Below the pieces are notes generated by a model that saw only the letters and a list, made by a program, of their open reading frames with translations, did not search any database and had not been told where the DNA came from. Both the position numbers and the translations under genes were made by a program. 64,000 nt of DNA from assembly GCA_044892525.1 (NCBI GenBank), contig CM097885.1, positions 218,426,001-218,490,000 of the forward strand, read 5' to 3'. Below are positions 1 through 12,472 of this stretch, in pieces. Source of the DNA: Schmidtea polychroa (lineage: Eukaryota). Every line of letters starts with the position of its first letter. The first letter of the stretch is position 1.

Positions 1-659
1 TATAAAAATTATATCAATTAAATTTTTTAATTGAAAAATTTTTTTAATTAAGGAAGTGTTTAAAAATTTTCAAAATTATTTTTGATGTTTATATTTATTA
101 AAAAATATAGTTTTTAATTTTAACTTATTTTTAATTTTATTTTTAATTTTAAATCTTATTGTGACATTTCGTTATAGAATGATGTATAATTTATATAATT
201 TATTTCTTTGAGTAAATAAAAGTTTCTTTTATTTATTCCAAAAGTTGATCGAGAAAAAGGATAAAATTGATTAACAATTTAGAGTTCCTAAAAAATGAAA
301 ATTTTCAAGATATTTAAAAATTGATTACTTTTATTATCAATTATATTATATTGCTTTTCAATCGAATTATGTTATTTTTAACTTATAAATTATTCATTTA
401 GAAGTTGTATATTTGGGAATAAAATGTTTTATATTTATGAATAACTTGATAAAACTGTTATACAATCCAACCTCAATTATCCAATTTTTTGCTTGCATAT
501 AAAAAAGTTGGATAATCAAAATATTTAATAAAATAGTTATAGAGTTCATTTAAGACTTGTGAATTATGCTTACAATATATTTGCATTTTTCTGTTTCAAA
601 ATAATAGTATGTTCTTTATGTTTAATTGTCATTGAAATTTGAACTAAAGTTCATATCTC

Positions 660-768
660 TGATGAAACTGTGTTGCCATATAAATCTTTACGAATATCCA
701 CATCGCACTTCATCATGCTTCTATAAATCGCCTCACGATCACCATACATAGTATGAGGATGGATTAAA
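660..768 (-). pseudogene. Actin-like fragment (frameshifted), fused downstream of the PSMA4 fragment
   Basis: Minus strand reads FNPS then, in a shifted frame, [28 protein letters not shown], matching actin FQPS...[28 protein letters not shown]. Confidence 0.8.
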
Positions 769-771
769 TGA

Positions 772-1067
772 CAAATCTGTGTAACTAATCAATCAACTAA
801 AATTGGCCCTTGCAAAGTTAGCAAATAACGTTGGGCATTTAATCTCCTCTGACATGACGAAATATTAGTATCTAAAGTAATTCCAGGAACTGCACATGAA
901 ATATCTTTGTTATCTTTATAAATCTTTTCAGGGACGATTGCTTCATTCCAAACCATTCCAACAATAGTACCAACTTGACCCACAGCTTCCATTGGATATT
1001 CAATTTGACATAAACTACCATCAGGAGAAAATGTAGTTGTTTGATTATCATATCTTTGAGCCATCAT
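772..1067 (-). pseudogene. PSMA4: Proteasome subunit alpha type-4 (alpha3) N-terminal fragment, degenerate
   Basis: MAQRYDNQTTTFSPDGSLCQIEYPMEAVG...EKIYK...AQRYLLTLQGPILVD*LVTDLS matches the [29 protein letters not shown]...EKIYK...[22 protein letters not shown] pattern. About 17 aa deleted internally, stop at 789, truncated after roughly residue 110. Confidence 0.85.
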
Positions 1068-2793
1068 ATATAATATATATTATATATTGCCATAAATTTT
1101 TTAACAAAAACAAGAGAAAAGATTTAAAAAATCTTTATTTTCAAAACTTGCCAAAAAAACTTTTTAAAACAAAATATATATTCGAGAAAATTCTCTAATC
1201 AAACTCCAAAAACAATCGATTTAAACATCTAAAAAAAATTCAAAATACATTACCTCACGTCTGTGTGCGCATCCAACAGGTAAATACAATCAATAATCAA
1301 CACACACACACACAGACGCAATACATAATTAACTACTTTCCCATTTTTATTCGATTTACATTATCCAAATCTAAACTAAATATTGCACTTTATCCCTAAC
1401 CTTTTATTTCTAGAAAGAATTGAATTCTTTTTCTTATTTACTCCTTTTCTTATAATAAATGTATAACTATTTTTCTTTCCAAAATATATTTTAAAAAATC
1501 GAAATTTTCTTTTATCCGACACAGCCTGGTCTGTGAATTGTCGGATAAAATATCGGTGATTAATTAAATGAAGTATTTTTTATTAAATCATTAGTATTCT
1601 TTTAATAGAAATGATCAGTACTTAAATTAATTATTTTTTTACTTAAATTATCAATATTTTTAATTAAACAATCAGTATTATAAATTTTCTTGAAAAATAT
1701 CTTAATGATTGTTAAAATCTCTTATTGGAACAAAATTATCAAAAAATTGTATTTGTTCATCAGAATAAACTAAGATTGTTCAAATTATTTATTGATGAAA
1801 TCGGTAATCAACATCTTTTTTGAGCTTAATTTTATTTTCGAAGCTATATTACACCAGGAACATTAAATTCTCACTGCTGGACTCTTCTTGTTGCTCAATA
1901 TAAACCTAGGCGATTTCTAGTTCTTCCATTCCTTCATTATGTGAAATAATATTTTTATGTCGGATAAACCGTCTGTCAAATAATTGAGTGTTGGATAATC
2001 GAGGTTTTACTGTAAAATGAAACGATTTTTATTAAATTAATGGAAATTTGAAATTATCGATCGATTTTATTTATAAAAAATATTAAAACTTGGTCGATTA
2101 TCAGAAACCGATTTCTTTTTTGTTAGAAATAAAAAATCATTTATTAAAATAAAAATTTGGAAGAATTTTTACCTAGTAGTCATAATAACTGTAACTAAAT
2201 TTTGGAAATGTATGGTGTCTGTAGTGGATCGTTAATTTATTAAATGTAGTTTGTTGAATGTAATTACGAATTGTTATCTTTGTTTTTATTCGAGTCATAT
2301 CCTTTGCAACCCAACAAAAAGAAACTATATAGTTATTCTCTATAGTAATAATTTACTATAAAGAAATAAAAAATAAAAAATAAAATCAATAAAAAAAGAA
2401 TATAAAAATCTAAGAGTTATAAAATAATTAAGCTGATCAAGTAATCCGAAGCCGAAACTAATATTCATTAAAGGAAGATCCATAGATATTATAAAAGAGA
2501 AAGGAACTGCATTTGTTGTAATATTTACTACATCAATATAGTATCAGAAAGATCTAGTAATCTACAAGTTAAAGAAGAACTAATCCAATACTAGAATTGT
2601 TCAAATTATTCTAAATTGTTCAGAGAAATTTATAAATTACAATTCTTCATTAAATCTCCTACCGTAATTAATAACGGATTGTATCGAGATCAATCCTAAA
2701 CCCTTACGGTTTTTCTCAGTTATTTTAATTCAATTTATTAACTTAATTAAAAAAGATTTTTTTATAAAAGCTCATATAACTAATTTTATTTAG

Positions 2794-4069
2794 CCAAGAA
2801 ATTAAAGAGTTAGAGAACAAATTGAGAGCAGCTTATATTTCTAAAGAACGCCAAGCCCAAATAGCTGAAAAAAGAGCCATACAATATGATAGATTAGTAG
2901 AAGAAGCTAAAATGGCTCGAAAAGTGCAAGAAGAAGTTGAGAACGCTGAGAAAGAGAAAGCGATTAAAGAAGCAAATTCAGCTAAAAATAAAATTCATTA
3001 CCAAGCTGCTCTTGAAGCACAGTTAGAAGAAAAAGAACATCAAAGACAGAAAGCTTATGAAGAGTTCTTACACGACAAAATGATGATTGATGAAATCGTA
3101 AGAAAGATTTACGAAGAAGACCAAAGGTATTATTTAAATCATTGTTTTTAGATTTGATGAGATTTATTTGATTTATTTTCTAGGGAAAGAGAAATCCAAA
3201 TGAAGAAAAAGAAATCCAATCAAAAATATATTGAGGAGTTCAAGAAAATTCGTGAAAATTGGAAAATCGAAGAACAAAAACGAAATGAAGAAGAAAATCG
3301 TAAAATCCTTCAATTTATGGCTATGCAAGAAAAACGTGAAATGGGATTGTCTGAAGAGAAAAAGGCACGAGAAATAATGATGGAAAAATTACAACAACAA
3401 TTAGCTGAAGATATGCAAAAAAAAGAAAGAGACAGGCGAGAAATGGAGGATGTACGACAAGAGTTGGCATTGGAAGAAGAAGAAAGAAAGGCAAGATTAC
3501 ATGAGAGAGATCAAATGGAAAAACGAATACGCCAAAGACTTGAACTTCAAAGAGATCAAGAAGAACAACACAGAATTCGTATCGAACAGAAGAAACAACA
3601 ATTAGAAGAAGAAAATGCATACAAAGAACAATTGATGGCCCAATTTGCGGAACAGGAAAAATTAGAGCAAATGAATGCTCAAAAACGAAGAATGAAACAA
3701 TTGGAACACAAGAAAATGGTTGAAGCACTTTTGGAGCAAAGGCGAAAAGAATTAGAAACATCGAAATTGGCGTCGGAAGAAGAATTGCTTTATCAAAAGC
3801 AATTGGAAGAGTTACGAAGAAAAATAATCGAAGAAGAAAGGCAGAAGCTTTTGAAAGAGCACGCTTTTAAATTGCTGGGATACCTTCCGAAAGTACGTTT
3901 TGTAATTGTGTAAATTCTGTGAGTTAACAAATCAATCATTTAGGGTGTTATCAAGGATGAAAAGGATCTGGAAATGCTGGGTCCTCAGTTTCAAAAAGAA
4001 TATGAAAAACATCACATTGATGAAGATGATGAAGAGATATGGAAAACGTTCCATAATAAACGCCATTGA
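2794..4069 (+). CDS. MNS1: Meiosis-specific nuclear structural protein 1 (axonemal coiled-coil protein), 3' exons 2794-3126, 3184-3892, 3944-4069; 5' exons not in window
   Basis: Motifs ELENKLRAAYISKER, MIDEIVRKIYEEDQ, EQMNAQKRRMKQLEH, IIEEERQKLLKEHA..LLGYLPK|GV. GT-AG introns of 57 and 51 nt keep the frame to TGA at 4067-4069. Confidence 0.93.
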
Positions 4070-7000
4070 TGTGCTATCAAATTGAAGTCTTATTAAATTT
4101 TAGAAACAAAAATGGTTCATCAAAAAATAAAATTTTAAAACATTGTGTACTTTTATTACTTATATTAATATTTTACTTATAATTTGTCAGTAAAATATAT
4201 GGTATTAAATAAGTAAAATTTTAATTCTGAATTTTAGGTTAAATAAGATCAAATTAAGGTCCTAGGGGTAACGCCGATTTAACGATTGAAAAGGTTAGAT
4301 TAAAGTTTTAATTTTAAGGGATAGGTCGATGCAGAGTCAATTAGGAATCTTAAGTGTTTCAAAGGATAGTTAAGGGTCAAAATTTAAGGTTATTGAAAAA
4401 TAATATTTTATTATTAATAATTACAACACTATGAGTTTATGCAGAGGTTGCAAGGGCGCATAAGAGTTGTTAAATGTCGTAAGGATGTAGTGTATGTGGA
4501 TAAATGGAAGTTTGTAAAATGGTGAAGTGAGAATTAGTGAAAACTATGATGGTAAAGTAGCAAGTTTGAGAGTTGTGGAATCCAAATTGGTCAAGATAAA
4601 TGTTTTTTATTAATTTGTATCAAGAGATTTAGGAGAATCGACAATAAATTCTTCAACCAGACGAGAGAAAGATTAATAACCAAAAAACATTAAATAAATA
4701 CAGAGCAAAAATAAAAAGCGCCAGTTGGTCGAAGACAATAGTTGTTTAAGAAAAATTGTTAGATTAAAGACAGACAACGAATCGAGGACTAATTTAGAAA
4801 AAAAAGAAATAAACAAGATTGCGTTTTGATTCAAGGGTAATATCTATCGGGAATATACCCAATTTGGGAATATTCCCAAATATCCAAACAGTGATAATAT
4901 AATTCAGCAGCTTCATTAAATGTTTTACCATCTTCACATCAATACTTGTACTTAAAAACATTTATTTTATGAAATAAAATTTCCATTGTCAGGTATACTC
5001 AAAAAGTCTTCACTTAAATAATTTTTTTAGTTAAAAATCCATTATGATTACAATTTCGACTAATTAATATTTAAATAGGTTCATAAGGCGACCCCATTAA
5101 TCTGTAAAAGGAAAGTATGTTTGATCGATTTACAACTGACCTAAAAAAATTGCAAGTACGGACAAAAACGGCGCATATTTATAAACAACTAATATCTAAG
5201 TGATGTGATGTAAAAGGATCACTTTTTTTAATTCGTTATGTTAATCGCTATATAATCTAAGGTAACTAAAGCGGAAGCGCGTGTATTTTAATGCTCCGGA
5301 TGCATCACTACTGAAAATAAGAATAGACGAAATTCTCACAGATCATAACGAACAAGCTAAAAAGCTTGACGAAGCTCCCGATTTTCTCTTTTTCTCTTGC
5401 CCGATTTATTCATTGCGAGCATGGCATGGACACTTAGATACATTCCAAATGTAGACACCTGGGCTTTAAATCATTCAACCCCTCACTTGCCATCGTCCAT
5501 ACAGGCCACAAGGAGATTACATATGGACGATGTAGGCACTACTTACTCCTCGAAGGACAATACGATATATAGTTTATTATCTTGTAATTTATAATGGCTG
5601 GGTCCGAAAAAGATCTAGCGATTTTATCATATGAAGATGAACTAATCTGTCGAGAACAACAAAAGAAAACAAAAATTACGTCCAAAACTTTAATCGTATA
5701 ATAAATGATTCATAATAATACATAAATATAGGATTAGAATAAATTTTTACTTCTATACCATCGTAAATTGGCAAAGTTCCGAAAAATACAGCATTGAATT
5801 ATTACTGGAATCGTCATTATTTATAGTCTGATTTTGGTGTGCAAGTATGTTGTGGGTGCACTGATTCATTGAAACAAATTTTAATTAATTTAATTCTGAT
5901 TAATTTTGAATTTTAATTTTTATCAATTTATGGTGATTATTTATAATTTATTTTATTTTCTGATTTTTATATTTTATTTAATTTTAATTAATTTTGCCAC
6001 CATGGTGGATTTGACAATTTTCTAGAATATTCTATGGTACTTTAATGATTTTATTATATAATTACTATTTCTTTTAATTCTTACATTGTTTTATTTTAAT
6101 AATTTCTAAATTTTTATAATTTACTCAACTTCAACTAAATTTTTGTTAGTCATGATGGATTCCAACATTTTTTCCAACGCATTCCGATTATGTTGCTGCT
6201 ACTTGGGCAACACTTGGATCATTCTGAGTTCTTTTTTATCTCTGATAACAATCGAGATATACAATTTCATGAGCTGTTATTTTTCAACTTCCTTGATGAT
6301 TCTTTTTTTTTATCTCAGACACAGCATCGAGATAAAGCAATTTCTTTTTTTTGTTTATAAATGGTACTTATTAATAAAGAACATTTCATGTTTTATTGTT
6401 TGATTTTTACCATTTTCTTTTCATTTTTCAATTTCTTCCTTTTATTCTTGATTGTCAGAATTCGGAACAATACACTTCATTTCATACATTTCTCCCCAAT
6501 TTATTTTGCTCACTCTAATAATTGTTTAATTTTATTATTTTGGTATCCTCATCAATAATTTTTTGCAGCACAAAAAACAAGAGCATGTGCAAAAACAGAT
6601 TTAGAGTTTATTATCAACAGTGCTTTTTGTATTTAAGGTATCCATAAAAGTAAATTTATAACTAAAATTAATTAATTCAAAAATTCTTCCCAAAAATGTA
6701 GTAATGTGTCAATAATGAATACAACAAACAGCATCAAACAACAACATTCATTCATTCATCTTTAATTTGTTATTAATTATTATTAATTAATTAATTAAAT
6801 ATTAATTTCGTACGTCCAAATATAAAGAACTAAGAAAACAATAAATTGGTTTATTAGTAAAAATTCTATCAACCAAAAGTAGAATAAATTACATACAATA
6901 AATTATACACGAAACAACCAATGAATCCAATAGTAATCTCAAAACTTGCCTCTAGAACTATAAATGACAGGATATTTGCAACAAAAATTAAAGTACAATA

Positions 7001-7136
7001 ATAAAAATTGAAAATAATTATGAGAAAATGGTGGGGTACAGAACGCTTCACAATAAATCTATACAAATTATATAAAATAAATTCTTTTTCAAACAAAATC
7101 TTGTAAATGTTCCAATAAAAAAGTTTTGACAGATTT

Positions 7137-7280
7137 TTATCGCGGTTGGTTGTCATTTTTCAATGATATTGCATACAATAGATGCAATTCACTGTCCATG
7201 GACGCTATGGGTAATTTGTTTTGTTGATGAAATTCGATCAAATGCTTAATACTGGTAAATTCTCGATCTTTTGTATGAAC
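7137..7280 (-). CDS. SHC: Shc-family adaptor, terminal exon (C-terminal half of SH2)
   Basis: ttcag|VHTKDREFTSIKHLIEFHQQNKLPIASMDSELHLLYAI...* matches Shc [34 protein letters not shown]. Phase 0 matches the donor at 20291. Confidence 0.9.
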   Translation of the reverse strand, partial: VHTKDREFTSIKHLIEFHQQNKLPIASMDSELHLLYAISLKNDNQPR

Positions 7281-8460
7281 CTGAACGTGATATTTATCAA
7301 TAATTGCAAACTAGGACAAAGCTGCAAAAATAATACAGATTTCAACAATTTATAGAATTATCTATCTGTTCAATATAGCACGAATTTAGAATTTTATAAA
7401 ACTAAAATGTAATTTTAATATGTGAAAATTTCAAGCACAATATTTATAAAAATTATGAATAGAAAATCAACTTAGATTTATTTTAAATTTATTGACTGAA
7501 TTTGAAAACCGTCTCAAATATGAAATGTTCGCTTTAATAATACTGAATTTAAACTCAGTAATTTATTGGATTGTTTTTGAAATAAAAATTTATTATTCAT
7601 TAGATAGTGATTATAGATTATTGATAAATTGACGCGGAAAATTTAAATGTATAGAAAATATAAATGTTGTAAAAAGTAAGGATGAAGGAAATTGAAAATA
7701 AGAATGGATCAATAATCAAAAGAATAAAGTTCTATACAATGAGGTTTCTTACGGCAGATTAGTTTTAACCCTATTTGGTTATCATAGGTACAAAGTAAGA
7801 AACTCGACCACACCTGGGATCAAACCCAGCAACTTTATGACTATACTCAATAATGTAATCCCTTTCCCATCAAAATGCATCAAATATCACACAATTTTGT
7901 ATACCAATCTCATCAAATGTATAAAAAAATTTATATCTTACAAACTAGGTGTATGAGAAACTCAATTAGTCATCCTAAAACTAATTGATTCTATTTAATT
8001 ACCAAAGGATGTCACTATAAACTTTAATTCTATTTATACCTATTTAATGACACAGGGATTATATAAGTTTCTAAATACATTTGATAAAAACGGCACACAA
8101 AAAATGTGATATTTGATACGATATTTAAAACTTCATCTTATTCAGCTAATCACCAGAAAACTAAAAAAACATTTAATTAAAATTTAATTTAAAATTTAAT
8201 ACTTTCAAATAATAATTTCCATGACTTTACCAGATAAATATCACCAATTTATAAATTTATATACTGTATATATCTATATAATTGTTCAAAATAATTTTAT
8301 TTCTATTGGATTCTGTAAAATTATGACATTGAAAGTTGAATTAATGAGTTGAAAAACAAAGGAAATAGAAAACACTGAAAACGATTTGACATATGAAACC
8401 AGAAATTCAATAGAAATGAAATTGTTTGAAATGAAATAAAACTTTAAATTAAACAATGTA

Positions 8461-8729
8461 CACTAACTACTCTCTTAACTGCCATTTTCTGGGATCAGCC
8501 AATTTATTTTTGCAAAAATGAATATAAATAAGTGTAATTTGGTTTAATAATATATTTTATTAATTATTTTTGTTTATGATTTTTGTATTAAAATATGACT
8601 TTGGATAACTGGATAATAAAGAAATGATTTTTTTGCTATATTTTTTAATAAATTTTATTATTTTTTAACCCTAAAAGCCGCCACCTTTTTTCATAGGCCC
8701 ATTTTCGGCGGATAAAAGAGTAGTTACTG
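8461..8729. mobile_element. Tigger-type MITE, copy 1
   Basis: TIR CAGTAACTACTCT-TTATCCGCC type, TA flanks at both ends, near-collinear second copy at 52701-52976. Confidence 0.85.
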
Positions 8730-9284
8730 TAATTAGAGGTAGTTATGGTTTTAAAAAACATCCATAGGAAAGAAGATCTGAACCAAAATTTTCCAGATAT
8801 GAATTATTAGATATATGATTTCGAAAGCTGTTTTTCAAATAAACAAAATATATAACGAATAAGAATTCAGAGATAGGAAGATAATTTTCAGAAGTTGTTT
8901 TACTTGATACTATATTTATTTCAAAAATAAATTTTATTCATCAAAGTGCAGAAATATGTTTATCATATAGCATATCACATTCAATTAAATTAGTATTATA
9001 ATATTGTTGATACAATTGATGTTAAAATTTGCATATTTTCATCCTACAACACAAACATGACAATAGAAAATAAAATAAATAAACAATAATATATGAAAAT
9101 CAATTTTAGAACTAGGAATTTATCGATTAAATTGTATAGAAATTATTATTTTAGAATTTATGTCTAATTTTCCAGTTTTTTGCGGACATGAACTTAAAAA
9201 AGTGATAAATTACATTGTAAAGTGAAATTTTACCAAAAAATTTATTTAAAATTATATTTTTAGATAAAAAAATAGTCTTTGAGG

Positions 9285-10372
9285 CAGTGGCGGATTTAGC
9301 TATAGGCGTGGGGGAGTCGCCCCTCCACGCCCCCTGTTGAATCCTAATTGGCGCCCCCCCCCAAAGATAATTTTTATGAATGTGTACAAGCATTAAGATT
9401 AATCCGATCACTGACACTGACAATTTAATATATCTTTGATTTGGAAGAGCTAAATGGATTGAAATGTATTCTACTATCACTGCAGCATACAGCTGCTCAG
9501 AGTCACCTGTTGCTGTAAAATCATTTATTATCAAAAATTGTTACTTACTAGATGTTGAAACAGAATTTAAAGAAAAGCGAGTTGCAAAAAGGAAACGCAT
9601 GGCAGGTGAACTTAACAGAGATGAAAGGGTTGATGATCCAACTACACGCTTCAAATGTGAAACGTATTTCACTGTCTTGGATACACTTGTAACACAACTA
9701 GATGAACGTTTTAATGATTTTCATAACACTGTTGCTTTATTCTCCTGTCTTGATCCATCACAAATATCAGAAGAAAATAAAGAAGCTTTTTAAAATTTAT
9801 GCGACATTTACAAAAACGATATTAATATTGAAGAAGCAATCCTAGAATATGATACTTTCAAATACGTGTATGCATCAATACGCCCATTACTATCTTAAAG
9901 AGGTGCTGCCTTTCTTGGTTGAAAAACAGATGGCGCCAGGACTTCCCAATTTGGCAATTCTCTATAAAATATACTTGACTCTTCCTGTTACATCTGCTAC
10001 TGCTGAAAGAAGTTTCAGTAGACTGAAAATCATCAAAAATTATTTGCGATCAACAATGACAAACGAACGTCTGTCTGGATTAGCATTAATTTCAATAGAA
10101 CACGAACTGGCTGAGAACATTGACTTTGAATCGACTAAAAATCGTTTTGCTTCAATGAAATCACACAGGAACCAAATTAAATAATAAATAAACTTGTATG
10201 TTTGTTACATCAATAAATTTACTAGAATAAATTTACTGAATATAATGCTTTTTAATAATATTAGTATTCACTCAATACTCGCGAAAATAAGTAGTACCAT
10301 CTTCATAATTTGTGGCGCCCCCTGAAAATTTTCATTGCCCCCCCACGCACCAAAATCTAAATCCGCCCACTG
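9285..10372 (+). mobile_element. hAT (Blackjack/ZMYM1-like) deletion derivative with transposase C-terminal fragments
   Basis: TIR CAGTGGCGGATTTAG / CTAAATCCGCCCACTG, perfect 8-bp TSD CTTTGAGG. ORFs 9464-9793 and 9849-10184 carry TLPVTSATAERSFSRLK..KNYLRSTM...RLSGLALISIE (hAT dimerisation domain). Confidence 0.93.
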
Positions 10373-10584
10373 CTTTGAGGTTGTCTTTTATAAAAATATT
10401 TTTAAAACTATGTAATTTGGCAGTTATATCATTTGGTACTCAATATAAATCTGATAAATCCAGGAAGAAAGATAAGAAATTAGCAATATATAGAATTTTG
10501 AAGCTACACTTCAAACATTGAAAGTTTATGTGATTAGTCGGAAATATTTGACACAAATATAATACAATTATAATATGACAATAA

Positions 10585-10826
10585 CCCTTGGAAGGCGCCG
10601 AGCGACTACAGTCGCACAACTTTATTTTGGTCTTGAGGGCGAAATTCGAATCTAGTCCACTAAATGTCAAAAACTTCTAGTTTGCACCAATATATTCTAC
10701 AGCTTGCAATAGTTGTCAAGATAGCCATATTTTTAATTACACGTCAATTTAGGAAAAATTCATTTTTTATGGCAAAATTGCACCTTTGGAGGAATAAAAA
10801 ATTTTGAGCCCGTCGCCCTCAAAGGG
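10585..10826. mobile_element. piggyBac-type MITE
   Basis: ATAA|CCCTTGGAAGGCGCCG ... CGTCGCCCTCAAAGGG|TTAA. Confidence 0.75.
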
Positions 10827-12044
10827 TTAAGAAAAATAAGCACTGAAACACTGATAGATGGATTATTAGAAATAAAAATTGTTTCTAAAAATTGAAAAAA
10901 TTCACAAAAATATTTATATTTCATAATGGGGTTGAAAAATTAATTAGAAAAAATTCACGAACACAGACTTTCAACCAATAATTCAAATAAAAAAATCGGT
11001 TCAGTGAGTTAGAAATTGATGAAATATTTATCAAGCCTTTATTCCAAATTTTTTTTTCACCAGAAAAATCACAAAGAAATTTGACAAATTTTATTTACAT
11101 AATGACATCACTAGTATACAAACTCTATCCAAATGTGAGTCACTGATCTAATTGATGTAGACGCATTCTTAAATTTTTCAATCAAAAAATAATGAGTAAC
11201 ATGCAAAAATTATAAATTTTACATATTTAAGTAAACATAAAAGTTTAAATAATTTTCAATAATAAAATATCAAAGAAATAAGATATTTCACTAATTAAAA
11301 TAATTTGGTATCGCTTTAAATTGTGAAAAAAATAAATGGGTGTGTCGCAGCTAGAAAAAGTTTCCCTACCACTTTGTTATTATCAATAAATTCTGTATTG
11401 AAGGTTTGACCATATTTTATTAGTTCAAAATACGTTTACATCACTAAACACAGAATCACATTTTATCCATAAATATTTGATTTTGGTGATTGACTATTAT
11501 AAAATCATTGTCTTTTGAGCTTAGGATTATCATAAAATATTAATTTTAGAAATTAAAATTCACCTAATACTATTTTTATATGATTATATTCGATTTATTA
11601 CGGTTTAAAATTTTGTTTGTTTTAAATTTTAAAGAAAATATTTCTATTTCCAAGAAATATTTAGTTGATAAAAATTCACTTTTGGAAAAATTTAAATATT
11701 TTATTCTTTTATTCAATTTTACTAAAATTGGCTATTTTTATATTGATTTAAAGCTTTTTATTAGTAAAGTAGTATAAATAAAACAACTTAAAGATGACAA
11801 TATATTGACAATAATATTTTTCTATACTCGGACTTATACATATCTTTATTGATTTCATTTTTATCCCTTAAGAAAAATGTCGAATACCACAACTCCAAAA
11901 CTTAAAAGGAAAGGTATTTAGGTTACCTTTTGTTTTTATGAAATAAACTGTGCACAAATAATTTAGTTTTTAATAAGACTCTTAATATTGCTTTCTTTCT
12001 GAATCCTATTTTTTACCTTTCATCTATAAATGATTGTAAATGAT

Positions 12045-12205
12045 CATCCAGTGGACAGTTCATCTAGTGGACTGTTCATCCATGAATGATTCATCAGAGG
12101 ACGGTTCATCCAAATTAATTGAAACTAGAAATGATTAAATTCCTTTCAGTTTGTCTGACAAACTATCATTTTGGATGATCGTCCGGGATGAACAGTCCTA
12201 GGATC
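12045..12205. repeat. Inverted arrays of a 15-16 bp motif (GGACWGTTCATCC); probable MULE/foldback MITE remnant
   Basis: About four tandem CATCYAGTGGACWGTT units at 12045-12111 and reverse-complement units (GGATGAACAGTCC) at about 12173-12205. Confidence 0.55.
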
Positions 12206-12272
12206 ATAAATGATACAATACAAGTAGTAACACTGGCCATAGAAGTAGAATGTCATTAAGTCCTGGGAAATA

Positions 12273-12472
12273 GAGTCGAGCTTAGGAATAAATATTTAAT
12301 TAATTTATTTGGTATCCTCAATAATTTAATTATAAACGATTTAAAGTTTAGCGTTATGTTACTAAGGATTTTAAAAGGCTAGAAAGAAATTTCATCGCTA
12401 ATGTAATAAGTTATGATTATACCCAGGGAGTTTTGTTAGTACCGTGATGTCTGTTATAACCAAGTTCGACTC
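12273..12472. mobile_element. Tigger-type MITE (about 200 bp)
   Basis: TA|GAGTCGAGCTTAGGAATAA ... GTTATAACCAAGTTCGACTC|TA. Confidence 0.65.

Larger units (their letters stand above)
463..2012 (-). mobile_element. Tigger/pogo-type (Tc1/mariner superfamily) non-autonomous element or pair of ends, enclosing captured gene fragments
   Basis: TA|CAATCCAACCTCAATTATCCAA at 461-484 and TTGGATAATCGAGGTTTTACTG|TA at 1991-2014 are inverted copies (18/22) with TA flanks. TTATCC(G/A)A subterminal hairpins at about 477-516 and 1510-1550. Minus strand 1770-1950 encodes a decayed Tigger-like transposase C-terminus (ISHNEGMEELEIA*VYIEQQEE...KKMLITDFINK). Confidence 0.6.

Noticed and set aside
3321-3761. 146-aa hydrophobic ORF on the minus strand
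   Set aside because: Antisense shadow of the GAA/AAA-rich MNS1 exon.
5850-6560. Possible Tc1-type HTH remnant on the minus strand (similar weak signals at about 23900-24500, 33000-33400 and 38250-38400)
   Set aside because: Only short, stop-riddled motif resemblances and no TIR pairs; likely TE debris but not classifiable with confidence.
7795-7850. B-box-like GGTTTGATCCC on the minus strand (tRNA or SINE head)
   Set aside because: No A-box or cloverleaf can be supported; at most a very decayed SINE.
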